DNA from: Oopsacas minuta
Taxonomy: Eukaryota; Animalia; Porifera
Length of the DNA stretch: 64,000 nucleotides
Direction: 5' to 3'
Assembly: GCA_024704765.1 (NCBI GenBank)
Contig: JAKMXF010000301.1
Coordinates: 410,292 to 474,291, forward strand
Every line of letters starts with the position of its first letter. Position 1 is the stretch's first letter. Made by a program: the position numbers and the translations under genes. Below the pieces are notes generated by a model. The model was given only the letters and a program-made list of their open reading frames with translations, searched no databases and had not been told where the DNA came from. Shown here piece after piece: positions 11,801 through 25,492 of the stretch.

Positions 11801-13098
11801 GGATATTCTGGAATTTGGAATTGGTTAGAATCCATGGAAGTTTTTCTGCAGAGAAATATATTGAGACAATATCGAAACTGAAAGATTTTGAGCTTGATTT
11901 GCAGTCAGATATTATTGCTATTACCACTGACGGCTGTTCAATGATGAAGAAAGTTGGACGATTATTATCAACAATTCATCAATTGTGCTATGCCCATGGC
12001 CTTCAGTTGGTAATCCATGATATATTTTATCAGAAACAAACCACACTATCTGAGATAAATTCTAATTATTCAATTGAAACTGATGAATCTGATGCAGAAC
12101 ATGAAATATTGTCTGAATTGGAAGATACAGATGGATTAGCTATAATAGACCAAGACAATCCCTTGCTTGTAAATGTTAGCGTCAGTGACGTAGTTAATAA
12201 AGTTCGTCGAGTTGTAAAACTCTTCAAGAGGTCTCCACTCAAGAATGAAATTTTACAGACTTACGTAAAAGAGAAACACCCTAATGGATTGCAGCTGATA
12301 CTTGATTATAGAACTCCTTGGAGCACTCTATTGAACATGCTAGAGAGAATCGTTAAGTTAAGGATACCAATTCACAAGGCTTTACTTGACCTAGATATTG
12401 ACATTAAGTTAAACGACGAGGAGTTTCAACAAATTAATAATATCGCACAAGCCTTGCACCTGATTAAGTTAGTAATGGAGGCATTGTGCAGACGAGAGGC
12501 AAATCTCATTATTGCTGAGGAAACGATAAAATTTGTATTTGAAGAAATTCAAACCTATCCTGCTACAGAATACAATATTAGAATCATTGATGTTATTAAT
12601 CAGAGGAGTGTTCAAGAACGCTACATAGAGGCTTCGGAAATAATGGCATATCAACACAACCCGATGGCCAAGCTTGAAAAAAAAGGAATTGTAAGGACAT
12701 TCTGTTACTCACTACTATCTAGAGTGGCTACACATGAAGTTACAGACGTAAATGAGGTAGATAACATGATACCTACTACAAATTCAGCAAGTCAGGAGGC
12801 AAACACTTTTCTTGTGGCAATGAAATTACAATTAGCAATCAATGCTTCGCTTCAAGTATCCCAAAAACAACAAGCATCTGGTGAATCTCTATCATCTACT
12901 CTGAAGCATGAATTAAACATTGCTGAACAAACAAGAGAAAGGGGTATCTTACTAGAGAAGGTTTATCGTATGCTGCTTACAATACAGCCTACTTCTGCAG
13001 AAGCGGAAAGGATTTTCTCATCATGTGCATGCATACCTTTGCAACAAATTTGGAAGTTCACTCAGCGACAAGAGTTTAGATATTCTCTGCGTAATTAG
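8856..13098 (+). pseudogene. hAT transposase (zf-BED, SLDEWTS, ITTDG, CYAHGLQL, dimerization PTSAEAERIFS), split and frameshifted
   Basis: IWKHF..CKACNK..HLKSAH; DGLSFSI/FITSQD rejoins in frame across the Tigger insertion. Confidence 0.9.
9184..11567 (-). mobile_element. Tigger/pogo transposon (CENP-B-type HTH plus DDE_1), transposase pseudogene 11230 to 9438
   Basis: TIR cagacactcccc at both ends, TA TSD; FNVDKTGLFWK, LLDNAPGHP, QPMDQGVI; frameshifts. Confidence 0.93.
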
Positions 13099-14940
13099 AA
13101 ATAATAACAAATACTCACATATCTATTTCGTTTCAGATAATTGTTAGTTAGAATCTGATTAAAGCTTGTTTTCCAACTGATATTAAAATAAAGTTCAGCA
13201 CATTTACGAATTGCTAAATAATAACATTATAAAACCCCGTTAGATTCAGGACTATTGGGTATTCTTTACCTAATCTCGAAATTCCGGGGATTAGAAAATG
13301 TCCCGGATTGTAAGCCCAAGTAATATTTCACTATTAAAACCATATCTAAAATTGTTTGAGTCAAGTAGGAACATTCCTACTTTGCGTGGAGCAGATGTAA
13401 AACAAAAGGAACCAAGACAATATTTCTACAAAGAAAGTATCTGTCATAACTCCAATTGCGCGTAATCAATTAAAGGCTCGCAAACCTTGTCCTACACTGT
13501 TCGGAGACTTGATAGCAATATTGTCCTCGCTAGGGCTATATCTAAAGGTACATGCCGATCTTGAATGCTATTTTACCCTTTAAACACAAGTTGTAAATGG
13601 CATTTGGGTCAATATTGTGATTTGCGGGTTTTAGGAAATCACTGACAAAAAACAATGTTTACAGTACAATCTTGGGACTGAACAGATTCTACCGTACATT
13701 AACAAACAACAGACTTATTTATCTTGTATGATTCCAGCTAAATGATAATAACGTGATGTGTAATTGTTACAAATTCTATTTAAGTCATTTCTCACTTTCA
13801 TCCACCCTTACAACTAAAAATCCTGGCATATACCCTGGAAAACAACACCCTGCAAGAACCACCTTACAGCTATTAGCGTCCATTACACGAAGGTAATCCA
13901 CAGCAGATGCTTCATTGATAAACTCTGCATTCCACTAAGGAACCGTTCTAAATATACGTTACTAGGTACAGCTCAAGGGGAATTAGAGAGAAATGGACAC
14001 GTACCATATTGTATGAGGATTCTTGATATAAGCATCTTGTCAAAGGTATTATCTAACTGATGTAGTGAATGTCTTGGCAGTATTGCCTTATGCGAAGAAA
14101 GTTTGACCTATGGCCTGGTAGAACTTCTTCATAGTCAAATACTATGGATACCATAAATAACATGCTATCTTCCCTTCATCACGTTCTCTCGACATCCCTA
14201 GCACCATACCTGCGTAAATTTACCGATTACACTCAGAGATATAAGTTACGATGAGGTATGTATGTCTGTACACTCGCTGATATTTTCGTAGCGTAATCTA
14301 CACAAGCTTTCTACAATATTTGCTATGCCTCCATCACTTCTAAGCATGCCATGTAGATAACTATACCGTCTAGAAGCTGTTATCACTACTGCAGTAACAA
14401 ATGCTATGTCTGATGCAGCCTAACAGTTACACCAAAGAATGGAACGTGACACAGTGGGTTATTTGAAGACATTAGGGGAAGTAAACATGTAATTACTATG
14501 TATACATAGGAAATGCTAGGGAGTAACTAACATAGAGGCAGAGGAGGCAACTGCCTCCTCGCTTTTTCGGGTGTTGCCTCATTTCCCTATTGTAATCGCC
14601 ATCATATTGAGGCAAATATCCATCCTTGTCACCTCGGTCTGTGATCTCTAGTTAGGCCCCAGAAATGGATTGTTAGTAGTACAGATGGCAATAAATGGAT
14701 TGGAAATTCAAAATCTATCAACGGGCAGTATATGATATAGATTAGCGTGATATGAGGACAATTTTGTATATATAATATTTATAGCTTGAGGGAACATGAT
14801 TTTTAGCAATCCATGAACGTAAAATATTTCCAAAACAAGTAAATATTTTCATTCTGTAGTTTCCTGAGAAATTCTGTGGTAGAACCATATGTAAAGCAAT
14901 GATAGGTTATAATACAAGTAGACTACAAGTAAAGATTTGT

Positions 14941-15057
14941 AATTTTGGACATTTTGCAATTTATGGACATTTTGTAGTAATGGACATTTTGTAATTTATG
15001 GAAATTTGGAATTTATGGACATCTTGTAATACATGGACCCTTTGTAACTTATGGATA
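14941..15057. repeat. Degenerate ~20-bp minisatellite (ttatggacattttgtaat-like)
   Basis: About six tandem units seen directly. Confidence 0.75.
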
Positions 15058-15414
15058 ATGAATTCCAATCGTAACTTAGTAAAATGCATAATTAGATGAT
15101 GAAAAATCGTAATATTTGGAGCTGAAAGACCATTGTCAAAGCATAATTAGAGATAATGAATTAGCCTCTATTGTATAATAACAACTAGATGTTAGTGATA
15201 AAGCAAATAGAAATAAGCAAATGTTCAATATAAATGAACTTGCATTACAATATCCTTCCTGTCCGTCTAAGCTATCGTTTAAAGCATGTGATGTTTATAT
15301 AATGTGAATTTTGAATTTTAAGAAATTGATTAGTCAATGATTGAAAATTGGTTAAATGGAATCTGGAGCGACTTTGGGCGAATCTGGAAATAATTATAAA
15401 TCAAATACAAAGCG

Positions 15415-18400
15415 CAGGGCCGTGGCCACTGGTCAGGTTTCTTAGGTTAACCTGACCACCCAGTCAGGTTGGTCAGGTTATGGTCGGGCTTATTAGATGC
15501 TAATATTTCAATATCTAGACTATACTTGATGCTGATATCCTTAAATCTTTCCTGAAGTGAAGTCGCCTGCGGTGTTTTGACCTAAGAAAATTTGCTGAAG
15601 AAAACGTTTTCTCACAAAAATATGTCGTTGGAAATGGAAGCAAAGGCAATCTTTCAGCTTTTGAAAAGATTTGGTGCTACCCCCTTCACTAAAAGCCAGA
15701 ATTTCGTTTTGTTAGCACAAGAATATTTAGCTTTTGCGTTCTCATTTGCTTGTAAATATAACAACTCGTCTACTATTATGTCGTCTAAGTCCATCATATC
15801 TTCCAGTGACTTCATCGGGGTTAGCAGGTGTTTAGGGATTGATGGAACGTCCGAAAAGCGATTGGAAAAATCAGTAACTAGATTCATCAAATGTTCTTCG
15901 ACAAGGGGAGTAAATTTAACTTCAAGATGTGGTGAAAGAGAAAGAATTGCTTCTACACGTGGGAAATGTTCCATTGGTTGCTCAGTATACGTAAACGAAG
16001 AATTTCAACTTATTTTGAAATGTAGTCACATTTTCTATAGCCGCTTGAAGAAAAATTCCATCTCCCTGCAACCTAAGACTACTCAAGTTATAGTAAGAGA
16101 AGATTTCAGTAAGATAAGCTAATTTCAGTTTGAAATACAGTCTGTAACATAAATATTGAGAATTGCTCCTATTTCTGTTGCTTCAATAATATTCGCTTAA
16201 TCAAGTTATCAATAGCACAGTGCACTAATAATACAATACTAATCAATATTTAATTGTGAATCCATTCGATTCTATGACCATTTTACAACGTCGCGGTAGT
16301 GAATCACAGTAGGGCTGAAGAAAATCAGGACTTATATCTGCCCACAATAATTCTAGCTCTCTCTTGAGTTCAAAAATTGTCCTGGGGCCTCGTTTCAAAA
16401 GTTCTTGTTTTACCCAAGCAAACAGATTTTCAATAGGGCTTAAATCTGGATTTTGGGATGGCCATGGTAGTTGTTTAGGGATATTTTTTATCAGAAATGC
16501 CTTAGCAACTTTAGAAGTGTGTTTGGGATCATTATCCATTGCCAGGCGCCATTGGTCCTGATGAAACATTTCAGCCTGGGTTAGCAAATGGCCTTCTAAA
16601 ATGCGTATGAATATCTTAGCATCCATATTGTCAGTGAAGATACAGAGTGGAAATGTTCCCATTGAGCTAAATGCAGCCCATACATTAATTTTTGGGACAT
16701 GTTTCGTTGTTGGAACCACACGTGTTTTCCAAGATTTTGCCCACATTTTTATCTTTCCTCTACCGAGCCATATAGACATCTCATCGGCAAAAACTATTTG
16801 CGCCCATGATTTCTTAGGATGCATGTGCTTTCTGGACCATTTTACTCGAAAGATTCTGTGTTTTCGCTTACTAAGGGTGGATTAGATGAATATTTCTTAG
16901 TGTAATCAACCGTTTTTAAGGCACGCCAAACGGTTCCATGAGATGGCCTGCCAGGAATAAGATGGGTTAAAGACCTTGTAGACAAATATGGCCTACGCCT
17001 AATTTCCTAGGCCAGACTTCTTAGAAAGGAGAGTATCATAGTAGGTGGCCTTCTAGACCCTCTCTTGCGCCCCAAACCAACAATATTTGAATCTCTAGAC
17101 TTTACTTTATAGACTGTCGCCAAACTTACACCCAAAGATTTGGAAATATCCTTCATAGAAGGCTCACCACGTTTTATTAGAACATCAATTGCCTCTCTTT
17201 TCTGTTTTTCATTTATAGTTAGATCTAACAGTTTACATATTATCAGTAAATATTAAAACAAATTATCCGAACGAAAAGTTGAAAATACTACGTCACACAA
17301 AAATTTCCGACTCATACCCTAGTGAAAAAATGCCTAAAGAAACTAACAAAGGTCATTAATAAGTAAAAACATATCAAGTCAAGTGATTTTGAGTAGGTGG
17401 AATCCAGCTTATTACTAAACACTGAGAGTTAATGTGGTAGGAAAGTAGTATATCAATTTTCTCAATTTTTATGTTACAAACTGTAGATCGATGAAACTCT
17501 TCTGTTTTGAAGAAATGTTTCTGATCTAGAAATTCACATAACTGATCATAAATAAAATACACTCGTTCAAGAGCTTTTCCTCTACTAAGCCAGCGAACCT
17601 CTGTGTGGAAAAGAAGGACGTCAAGTTCTGCTTCCGAATCTTCACATAGCTTTCTTAGCATACGTTCGTTAAAAGGACTTGATTTGACAAAGTCCACAAC
17701 TTTGTTGACAAGGTTAAGTGTTTCATGAAGTTCAGACTGGAGATTTTTAGCAGCTAACGGCTGTTTATGAAGCATACAATAGATAAAACTACACTGCGGT
17801 ACTTCCCTTTTAAAACATCCCAGAATCCAGTATCTCTACCAGTCATATTTCGAGCTCCGTCTGTACTAACACTAACAACTTGGCTTAAACTAATCTGATG
17901 TGAGTCAAAATAGGATCTAACCATCTTGAAGATATCTTGTCCAGTGCAATGACATTCAAAATAATCAACGAAAAGCAATTCTTCCTTTATGCAATCGTTA
18001 TCGATGAACGTATACAAACAATAAGAGTAGATTCTGTTCCAAATATTGACTCATCTAATTGAATGCTGATAGGAATATCCTTTATAAGCCGAACCAATTT
18101 ATCTTCGAAATTCTGTGAAATTTCACTAATCCTCCTTTTTACTGTATCATTAGATAACGGGATTTTGCCTAGTTTCTCAGCTGCCGCACTTCCCAGAAGA
18201 TGCTTGGCACAAGCCAACAGTGAAGGTTTGATTAGAGTTTCTGCATCTGTGTGAGGTTTTTTAAGCTTTGTGATTAGAAAAGATACTTCATAGGATGCCA
18301 AGGTACAGCATTTCAAATCGGTAGACTGAGTGAAGAGAGAAAAAGGCTTTTGTTGATTCAAATATTCTTTTTCTGCGAAAGTACCTTATTGGTTACCCAC

Positions 18401-18583
18401 CTCTGTGGAATGTTTTGAAAATTGATGCGCTTTTAAATGATGAGGCCTCATAGAATCATTCGCCAAGCATACATGGCAGGTCAAGCAAAGAGGTTTTAAT
18501 TCGTCTGGACTAGAAATGAATCCAAACTGCAGATAAGAGGGATCATAATGTCGAATTCTGCGTTTTGCATTTGGTTCGGACAT
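15415..18583 (-). mobile_element. hAT (Buster/Charlie, ZBED5/8-like) transposase remnant, interrupted by Tc1; only one TIR found
   Basis: YDPSYLQFGF..KPLCLTC, SIQLDES, VSTDGA, HTEVRWLSRGK, LAYLTEIF; cagggccgtggcc end at 15415. Confidence 0.85.
16138..17483 (-). mobile_element. Tc1 transposon (DD34E), transposase pseudogene about 17240 to 16243
   Basis: TIR cagtctgtaacataaatattgagaa / cagtttgtaacataaaaattgagaa, TA TSD; FADEMSIW, MDNDPKH, PDLSPIEN with 34 residues between D and E. Confidence 0.92.
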
Positions 18584-18856
18584 AATCGTCTGATTGTATA
18601 ATAAAGTCTTGCAATGATAGAATTGAAAATGAATTAATGTAGATACAGTTCTATGTCATATTTATGTAGATTGTAAAATGAAATTGTTTCAATCAATAGG
18701 ATGCCATATTATTCACATTATTGGAATCACACATCGATAACGTATTCACAATCGAATACATAGTATATATTGCATAAAAAAGCAACGTATATTTGTCAGA
18801 TGTATGACATCTTTTCGAACCCTTACATTGTAAGGCTTACAAAGTATCAACAATAA

Positions 18857-21575
18857 CACTGCTCAACAATTTTTTTTCATTTTTTGTTGCATGAGATTTT
18901 TCAATTGATTCTATATAATTTTCGGATGCTGATTTCAAATCTGCAATCAGTTTCTTTCTGCATGCTCTAGTTTTCATGCAATCGACAATTTAAATTTTTT
19001 CGTTTGTGGTACTTATTTAGTACATAAATCTGATCTCCACCAAATACTTTTTATCTATCAAGCCATTTTTCTTAGATTGTAGCTGTTACTATGATTTAGT
19101 AATGGCTTCAATCTATTGAAAACAAAAGCACCACTCTATTGTTCTCTGAAAACATGACACTATTAGCGAAGTGTCAAAATTTAAATAAATCAAAAATCAT
19201 CATGTTGATTTTTTTGAAATGATTTAATTCAAACAACCCTAAGTGATTGTAGTGAAGTATCGTGGATAGATGCAGCAGAATAGGCATTTAAGCTTTATTT
19301 TTCCGCTCGTCTGCTGGTAGCCTTAATTAGAACCAAGGTTTTGTTATTCAGTTTGTTTGTGTTAAGTTACATAGATATCAACAGACTTTCTTTCGATTCT
19401 TAACTCTTCAGATTTGATCATGGCTTCTTCTAGTAGACATAAATGCAAAAATAACCTGATTCATTTTGTTACATCTGTGGTGTGTATACGCTTTCGCGTC
19501 AAAGACGAAATATAACATCGTTTGTGAAGCGTGCCTACATAGCATACTTTGGTATCCCTCTTGGTGATCAAGATAAGAAATGGTCTCCTCATATTGTGTG
19601 CCATAACTGCGAAGAAATGCTCCAAGACTGGACAAAAGGAAAGCGGAAGGGTCTGCCTTTTGCCATTCCAATGGTGTGGCGTGAACCCCAAGACCACACG
19701 ACTGACTGCTACTTTTGCATGGTCAATACAAAAGGTGTTGGCAAGAAGAGCCGACAAACGCTTTCTTATCCTAGTATACCATCAGCTATGCGACCTGTCT
19801 CGCACTCTGATAGACTTCCTCCTCCGGTTGTTAGTGGTTTTGCTTTTCCTAATGATGAAGAAACTAAATTGGAAAGGGAAGAGATCGTAGAAATGGAATA
19901 TCAAAAAACAGACACAGAATCAGAATCTGAAGATTCTTCTTGTGAAACCAGAGTAACTGTCCAGCAGTTTAATCAATCAGAACTGAATGACATAGTACGT
20001 GATTTAGATCTGCCCAAGCAAGCAGCTGAGCTCTTAGCCTCCAGGCTCAAAGAATAACAGGTGCTGGATCAATCTGTAAAGGTTTCCTTTTTTCGAAAAA
20101 GAGAAGAACTCCTTCTGCCTTATTTTTCAGTAGAAAATAAGCTGGTATGTTGCAACGATATTCCTGGTCTTCTCGGACAACTGGGTATCTCCTCATATGA
20201 TCCAGGAGAATGGCGATTGTTTTTGGACAGTTCCAAGCGCAGCCTCAAGTGTGTTCTTTTACACAATGGAAATGTTTATGGAGCTGTTCCAGTTGGTCAC
20301 TCCACTGTCTTGAAGGAACAGCATGATGACATTAGAATTGTTATGGATTTACTCGGATATCATGATCACAACTGGATCATTTGTGTTGACCTCAAAATGG
20401 TTAGTTTTCTGCTAGGTCAGCAAAAAGGATACACTAAATTTCCATGTTATCTGTGCATGTGGGACAGCAGAGCACGTGAAAAACATTGGATACAGAAGGA
20501 GTGGCCCTTACGTGAAACATTTCAAGCTGGCATGCCTAACGTAACACACGACCCGATCGTAAGCAGAGACAAAATTGTTTTTCCACCCCTGCACATCAAG
20601 CTAGGTCTGATGAAACAGTTCGTTAAAGCCCTAAATCCTGACAATGAATCCTTTCATCATCTTGTGTATACTTTCCCTGCTTTGTCATATGATAAAATCA
20701 AAGCAGGAGTGTTTGATGGACCACAGATACGTACACTTATTCGCGACAAAAACTTCATTCAGAAAATGAATGTCAGGGAGTAAGCTGCATGGCTATCTTT
20801 TGTGGATGTTATACAGAACTTTCTTGGTAACAGAAAAGCTCCAAACTATGAAATGCTTGTATCCAAGATGCTCTCAGGGTTTCGTGATTTGGGATGCAAC
20901 ATGAGCATAAAAGTACATTTTCTGTACAGCCACCTGGACAAATTCCCTGAAAACCTTGGGGCTGTCAGTGACGAACAGGGAGAGCGTTTCCACCAGGATC
21001 TTATGACAGTGGAAGAACGTTACCAAGGTCGATGGGATCGACATATGATGGCAGACTATTGTTGGGGCATTAAACGTGACTGTCCTCACAAAGCGTACAA
21101 ACGCAGAAGTTATAAGAGGAAATTTTGTCCAGATTTGTAGAATATTTGAATCTTTTGCATCTTGTCATTGATCGCTTTAAGTTACTATTGTAGATTGCCA
21201 TCGTTCTTTTCTACGTTATTTTGCAAAAAAAATCAATTTTTACATGCATATTACCAGCAAACTGTTGTTTTTTACATTTTTTAAAACATTTGTTGCCCAT
21301 CTGTCTACAAATACAATTTCTATTGGCAACATGAAAGTTTTTTGGCACCTATTTTTGTTTTGAGGCTAGTTATTCAACTGTAAGCAGAACATCATTTGAC
21401 AAATCATGTCACTTTTTCAAAAAATATGAATTTTGTGCAAAAAAATTAAAAATCTCGATTTGCAAAAAATCTAGAGCTTGCGGAAAAAAACTAAGGTCGG
21501 ATTCGGATTCAGCGCCCCAATATTAGGTAAAAACAAGTGTTGGTAGAAATGCAACAAAATTTTTGTTGAGCAGTG
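18857..21575 (+). mobile_element. Chapaev3-like (CMC superfamily) transposon
   Basis: TIR cactgctcaacaa / ttgttgagcagtg, 3-bp TSD taa (TWA), matching Chapaev3 end structure. Confidence 0.85.
19420..21140 (+). pseudogene. Chapaev3-like transposase with one frameshift and two premature stops
   Basis: MASSSRHKCKNN/DSFCYICG, PMVWREPQDHTTDCYFC, FLDSSKRSLK, ICVDLK, PLHIKLGLMKQF, SDEQGERFHQ; frameshift near 19456, TAA at 20055 and 20781. Confidence 0.87.
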
Positions 21576-23799
21576 TAATCATATCTGAGCACTAACTTTA
21601 TCGACGTATAATGCAAATGGGTTTTTTAAAGAGCGAGGAATTGAATACAAAGATATAAAGTAAGTAGCGATAGCGAAGAGCCTCCTCTGACTAGATTATT
21701 TACGCACACCCCCGGTATAGATTGTTCTCTCCGGATATGTATCCCCCTCTTCGGTATTGCCATCTCCCTGGTTGAGAACCATTGCCTTATAGTGGAATTT
21801 ACACTGTGCTAGATTTCCACTTTCTGATCTTAGAAGTGTTGCCATATCTCTGAATAAATCCATAAATTTAATGTTCTCATCCAAATGGATGAATAATTAT
21901 ACTTAGTCGTATTGGATATGACCCCATATATATATATAAGAGCACAGTTGCATCATAGATGATTTTCGGAGGTATCAAAGCTACATTGCGCATACATAAT
22001 GTACTAGTTAAAACATTAAATCTTGTTGCTATGACGCACTAGAATGTTGTTAACATTAGGATTCGTACGTGAAACATGTAAGTTCCTAATACGTACTTAC
22101 AAGTTGAAGCACTAAGAGATAACAGTAGTTTACGAATTCCCCATTGTTAACTTCGTTCAAGGGAATTATGGAAACACTAATACTCCAAAGCAAAAAATCA
22201 CCAGAATCCCGGGATTGGATCCGTTTGCGTTCTTTTGAAGCGGGTAATAGCCCTCTCCCACCTTATATGAATACCACGCCGCACAAGACCAAGGGTGATT
22301 CGGGATCCTGTGGGTCTGAGAATAAAAAACAGCTATGAATGATATACTTAGTTGACTTTAAATATCGTGATATTCAATACTATCTGATCCCTATTTTACT
22401 TCATGTTGTGTCCTAAACCAAAAGGTTCCCAATAATTATCATCCAATTTCGAACCTGACTGAACATCGGAACGAAATTTCTAGCAATTGTTTTAAAAGTA
22501 TGCAAAATAGCGTGAAAATTTGTTAATCACTTGATAATTAATGTAGATATAGAAGAAAATGTCAAATTGGATTCACTATACCCGATTACAACTAAATAGC
22601 AGATAGATATAAATATTTAGCATCATTTTGAAAATTGCAAAAAGGTGGACATTAAGATTAATAGTATTATCATGTGATTAATCATAATGCTAACTTTTTG
22701 CAATCATGTAGATTAGAATTGATGATGTCAAATTTGGAATCTCTGCTATACTCAATTTACCCTGACTAATAGTTGGAACGAATCTCTGGCATCATTCTGA
22801 AATGTTTCAAAAGGGTGTGCACGGTGAGAGAAAAGGCACTTTAGGGGAAATAGGCATGTTCTTATATAGTAAATAGACGGTAAAAATCGATTAGAATCTT
22901 GAAACCCCATGTACAAGTAGTATTTATCACAATTTGTAATGTTTTTGAGGAAATTTCCTAAATACGAAATTTATGGTTGGATAATGTATTAATATTAAAT
23001 AACCCATGAATGAAATAATAGCTCCCAAACAGGATGAATTTAGTTCAAATCCTAGTTATTCTGAATCGAATAAACGTCTTTTCAGGGCTTTGAGGAGGTG
23101 TAGAATTTAGTGAAATCTTCCCCTACATGTATATCAAACGCTCCACAAGGTTAGAATGTGTGATCATGACCAACTATTTAACGTTTTCGAATGGTAAAGC
23201 AAATTTTGTGAGATCACAATATATTCCTTCCATTGATAGGGTAGATATGTCACTAATTATCAATATGAAGATGAAAGATGTCAAAATTATTGTCAGTAGG
23301 CGACACTTAGGAGATTATATTACTATTTCGATTTTCAGATTATTATATAATATGATGGAGTTATGATAATCTTGTTGTGACGAAATTTTACAACAAAATT
23401 CAAATTTGGGAATGAATTCACTCAATCCTACTCCTATCATCCATAGGTGGGTTCTTCAAAGAAATTTACATTTATAAGTTTTAAAGTATGCTAAATCCAA
23501 ACATTCATGAAAATATATTTGAGACAATGAAAAATCTCGATTTCGCCTAAATTTCGTACTGTGGTGTGACAATATGATTATTCACATGATAAATCTGTGA
23601 ATTAGTTACTTTCGCGCTCTGAAACAATATGTTGAAACCTAATCTCTAAAAACCATGAGATCTACAATTATGATTCACTAGAAACAAATAAATGTATAAA
23701 TTTTAAGATACGCATTATGGTTTACTAAAAAATTCTATAACTTCGAGCACTAACTAGTATTTCCATTAGTTGTTTTGAACTATTAAATACAAGAAGAAT

Positions 23800-24050
23800 A
23801 TCTCTAGAACACATCATCTCTTTATCTGTTTCCAAATATTTCATATATAGGAAATTCTCAAAACAGTGAGTGAATTGATTTCTACATGGTGTGAATTAAT
23901 TCATGTTTCACCCCAGATTTATAGATAACATTCTCCTAAACAGCAAGAACATATGGTTCAATATTCCGAAAGTAATATTTCCCTCGATCTATATGTTGGG
24001 TAAAGGCACCATCACCGTATCTCCAATATTTGTACTATAAATCTTATTCC
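23800..24050 (-). pseudogene. C-terminal fragment of KRBA2/SCAND3-like (Ginger2-type) integrase
   Basis: NIGDTVMVPLPN/IDRGK..RNI..VLAV..YKSGVKH..NQFTHCFENFL, degenerate. Confidence 0.55.
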
Positions 24051-24368
24051 GAATTGTTCGCACATTTTCTCAACTATGCAATTTTTTTGGTACCTTATCG
24101 ACGGAAAATATTTCAAGATTGTCAGAAACTGCTCTCAGTTTAGGATTTACTTGTGTATTATTGAAAGGCTGGATTTTGTGTTGGTGTTAATAATTTGGAT
24201 AATAAAATGTTGTATTCAGTTGCGTATTAATTGCCGATTGAACGAATTGAATTCCTTCTGACCATTAGTTTAACTAATATATTAATTCTTAAATTGATGA
24301 TACTCTAATTATGTGATATTGGTATTCTTTGAATTATGATAGATTAGTAACTACATATATTACAATAA

Positions 24369-24459
24369 ATATATTATGGGACATTAACTGACCTAGCATC
24401 TGAAGTTAAGTTGATTATTGAACTTCAGATGTCAGATCAGTTAATGTCCCATTATATAT
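24369..24459. repeat. ~90-bp imperfect palindrome (mini foldback)
   Basis: atgggacattaactga..catctgaagtt / aacttcagatg..tcagttaatgtcccat. Confidence 0.85.
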
Positions 24460-25492
24460 TTTCTTGAAATATTTTAATTGATGACCTCAACAACAAGATA
24501 TTTTCAGATATTTTTTGTATTCAGCTAACATTTCTCACATAACTGTAACAGATACAGATTTGTTTTTAGGTATATTCGCAAAGTCATCTAACAATTAATG
24601 TCCCATTAAGATTTTACCATTGTGTCAGGTAGAGTGATTCAGAAAAGTTCTTTAAAATAATCCACTTCTTGGTTGGTTCATTCTTTCCTGAGGCTGCTCA
24701 CCATTTGATCATCTAGCAGAGATTCAACAATTTCAAAATGATTTTCAATCGCTGATCTTTAGATGTGCTTTTAACCTCATATTATTGTAAACACATATGA
24801 AAGCGTGTTGGAGCTAAAAATCTCACTATGTGAAAGTTACTTTATCAATGTCAGAATATAACAAGTATCAATTGCATATTGCCTAATTGATGTAACAACA
24901 AAATGCATATTGCTGGACTTAATACAAATGCCCAACGAAGGAAACAATTTGCAAAATGCCTAATAAGTTTGCAAATTGCTGCAAAAGCCAGCATTATGCA
25001 TAACCATGGGCATTATCTAAATTGCATAATTTCGCATATAGCCCATAACATATATGCTCTTAACAAATAAAAGATAAAATCGTGCATTCAAGCAAAGTAG
25101 TATGAAATAAGAAGAAAATTGAGAGACTGGGAAGGAGATCTAGAAAACAGTGCCTAAATTTCAATTAGAAAGTACATTATAGAATATGAAGAGGTAAATA
25201 AATCTGAGATCTGTAGATCCAAGAGCTGCGTGACATACACCAAGAAGAATGGTACAAAATCAGTCCAGAGTTTTCAAGAAGTCTGCTGGAGAGTATGCAA
25301 AAAAGGCTGAAAGAAGTAAAGAAAAGGCATGGGTATCAATAATATTATTGATTCTTAAGTTGCACCCAATATCACCTTAGAATTATGCACTTGTAGTTCA
25401 ATAATCAACATTATAGGTCAAATTATTATTATTATTATTATCTTGCCTATTATATACTATTAATATATGATGGTAGAATATTTAATATACTA

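Larger units (their letters stand above)
8449..13319 (+). mobile_element. hAT transposon with BED finger, interrupted by Tigger
   Basis: TIR tagggcttacaatcccggg / cccggattgtaagcccaa; perfect 8-bp TSD gtaatatt; atcccggga subterminal repeats. Confidence 0.93.
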
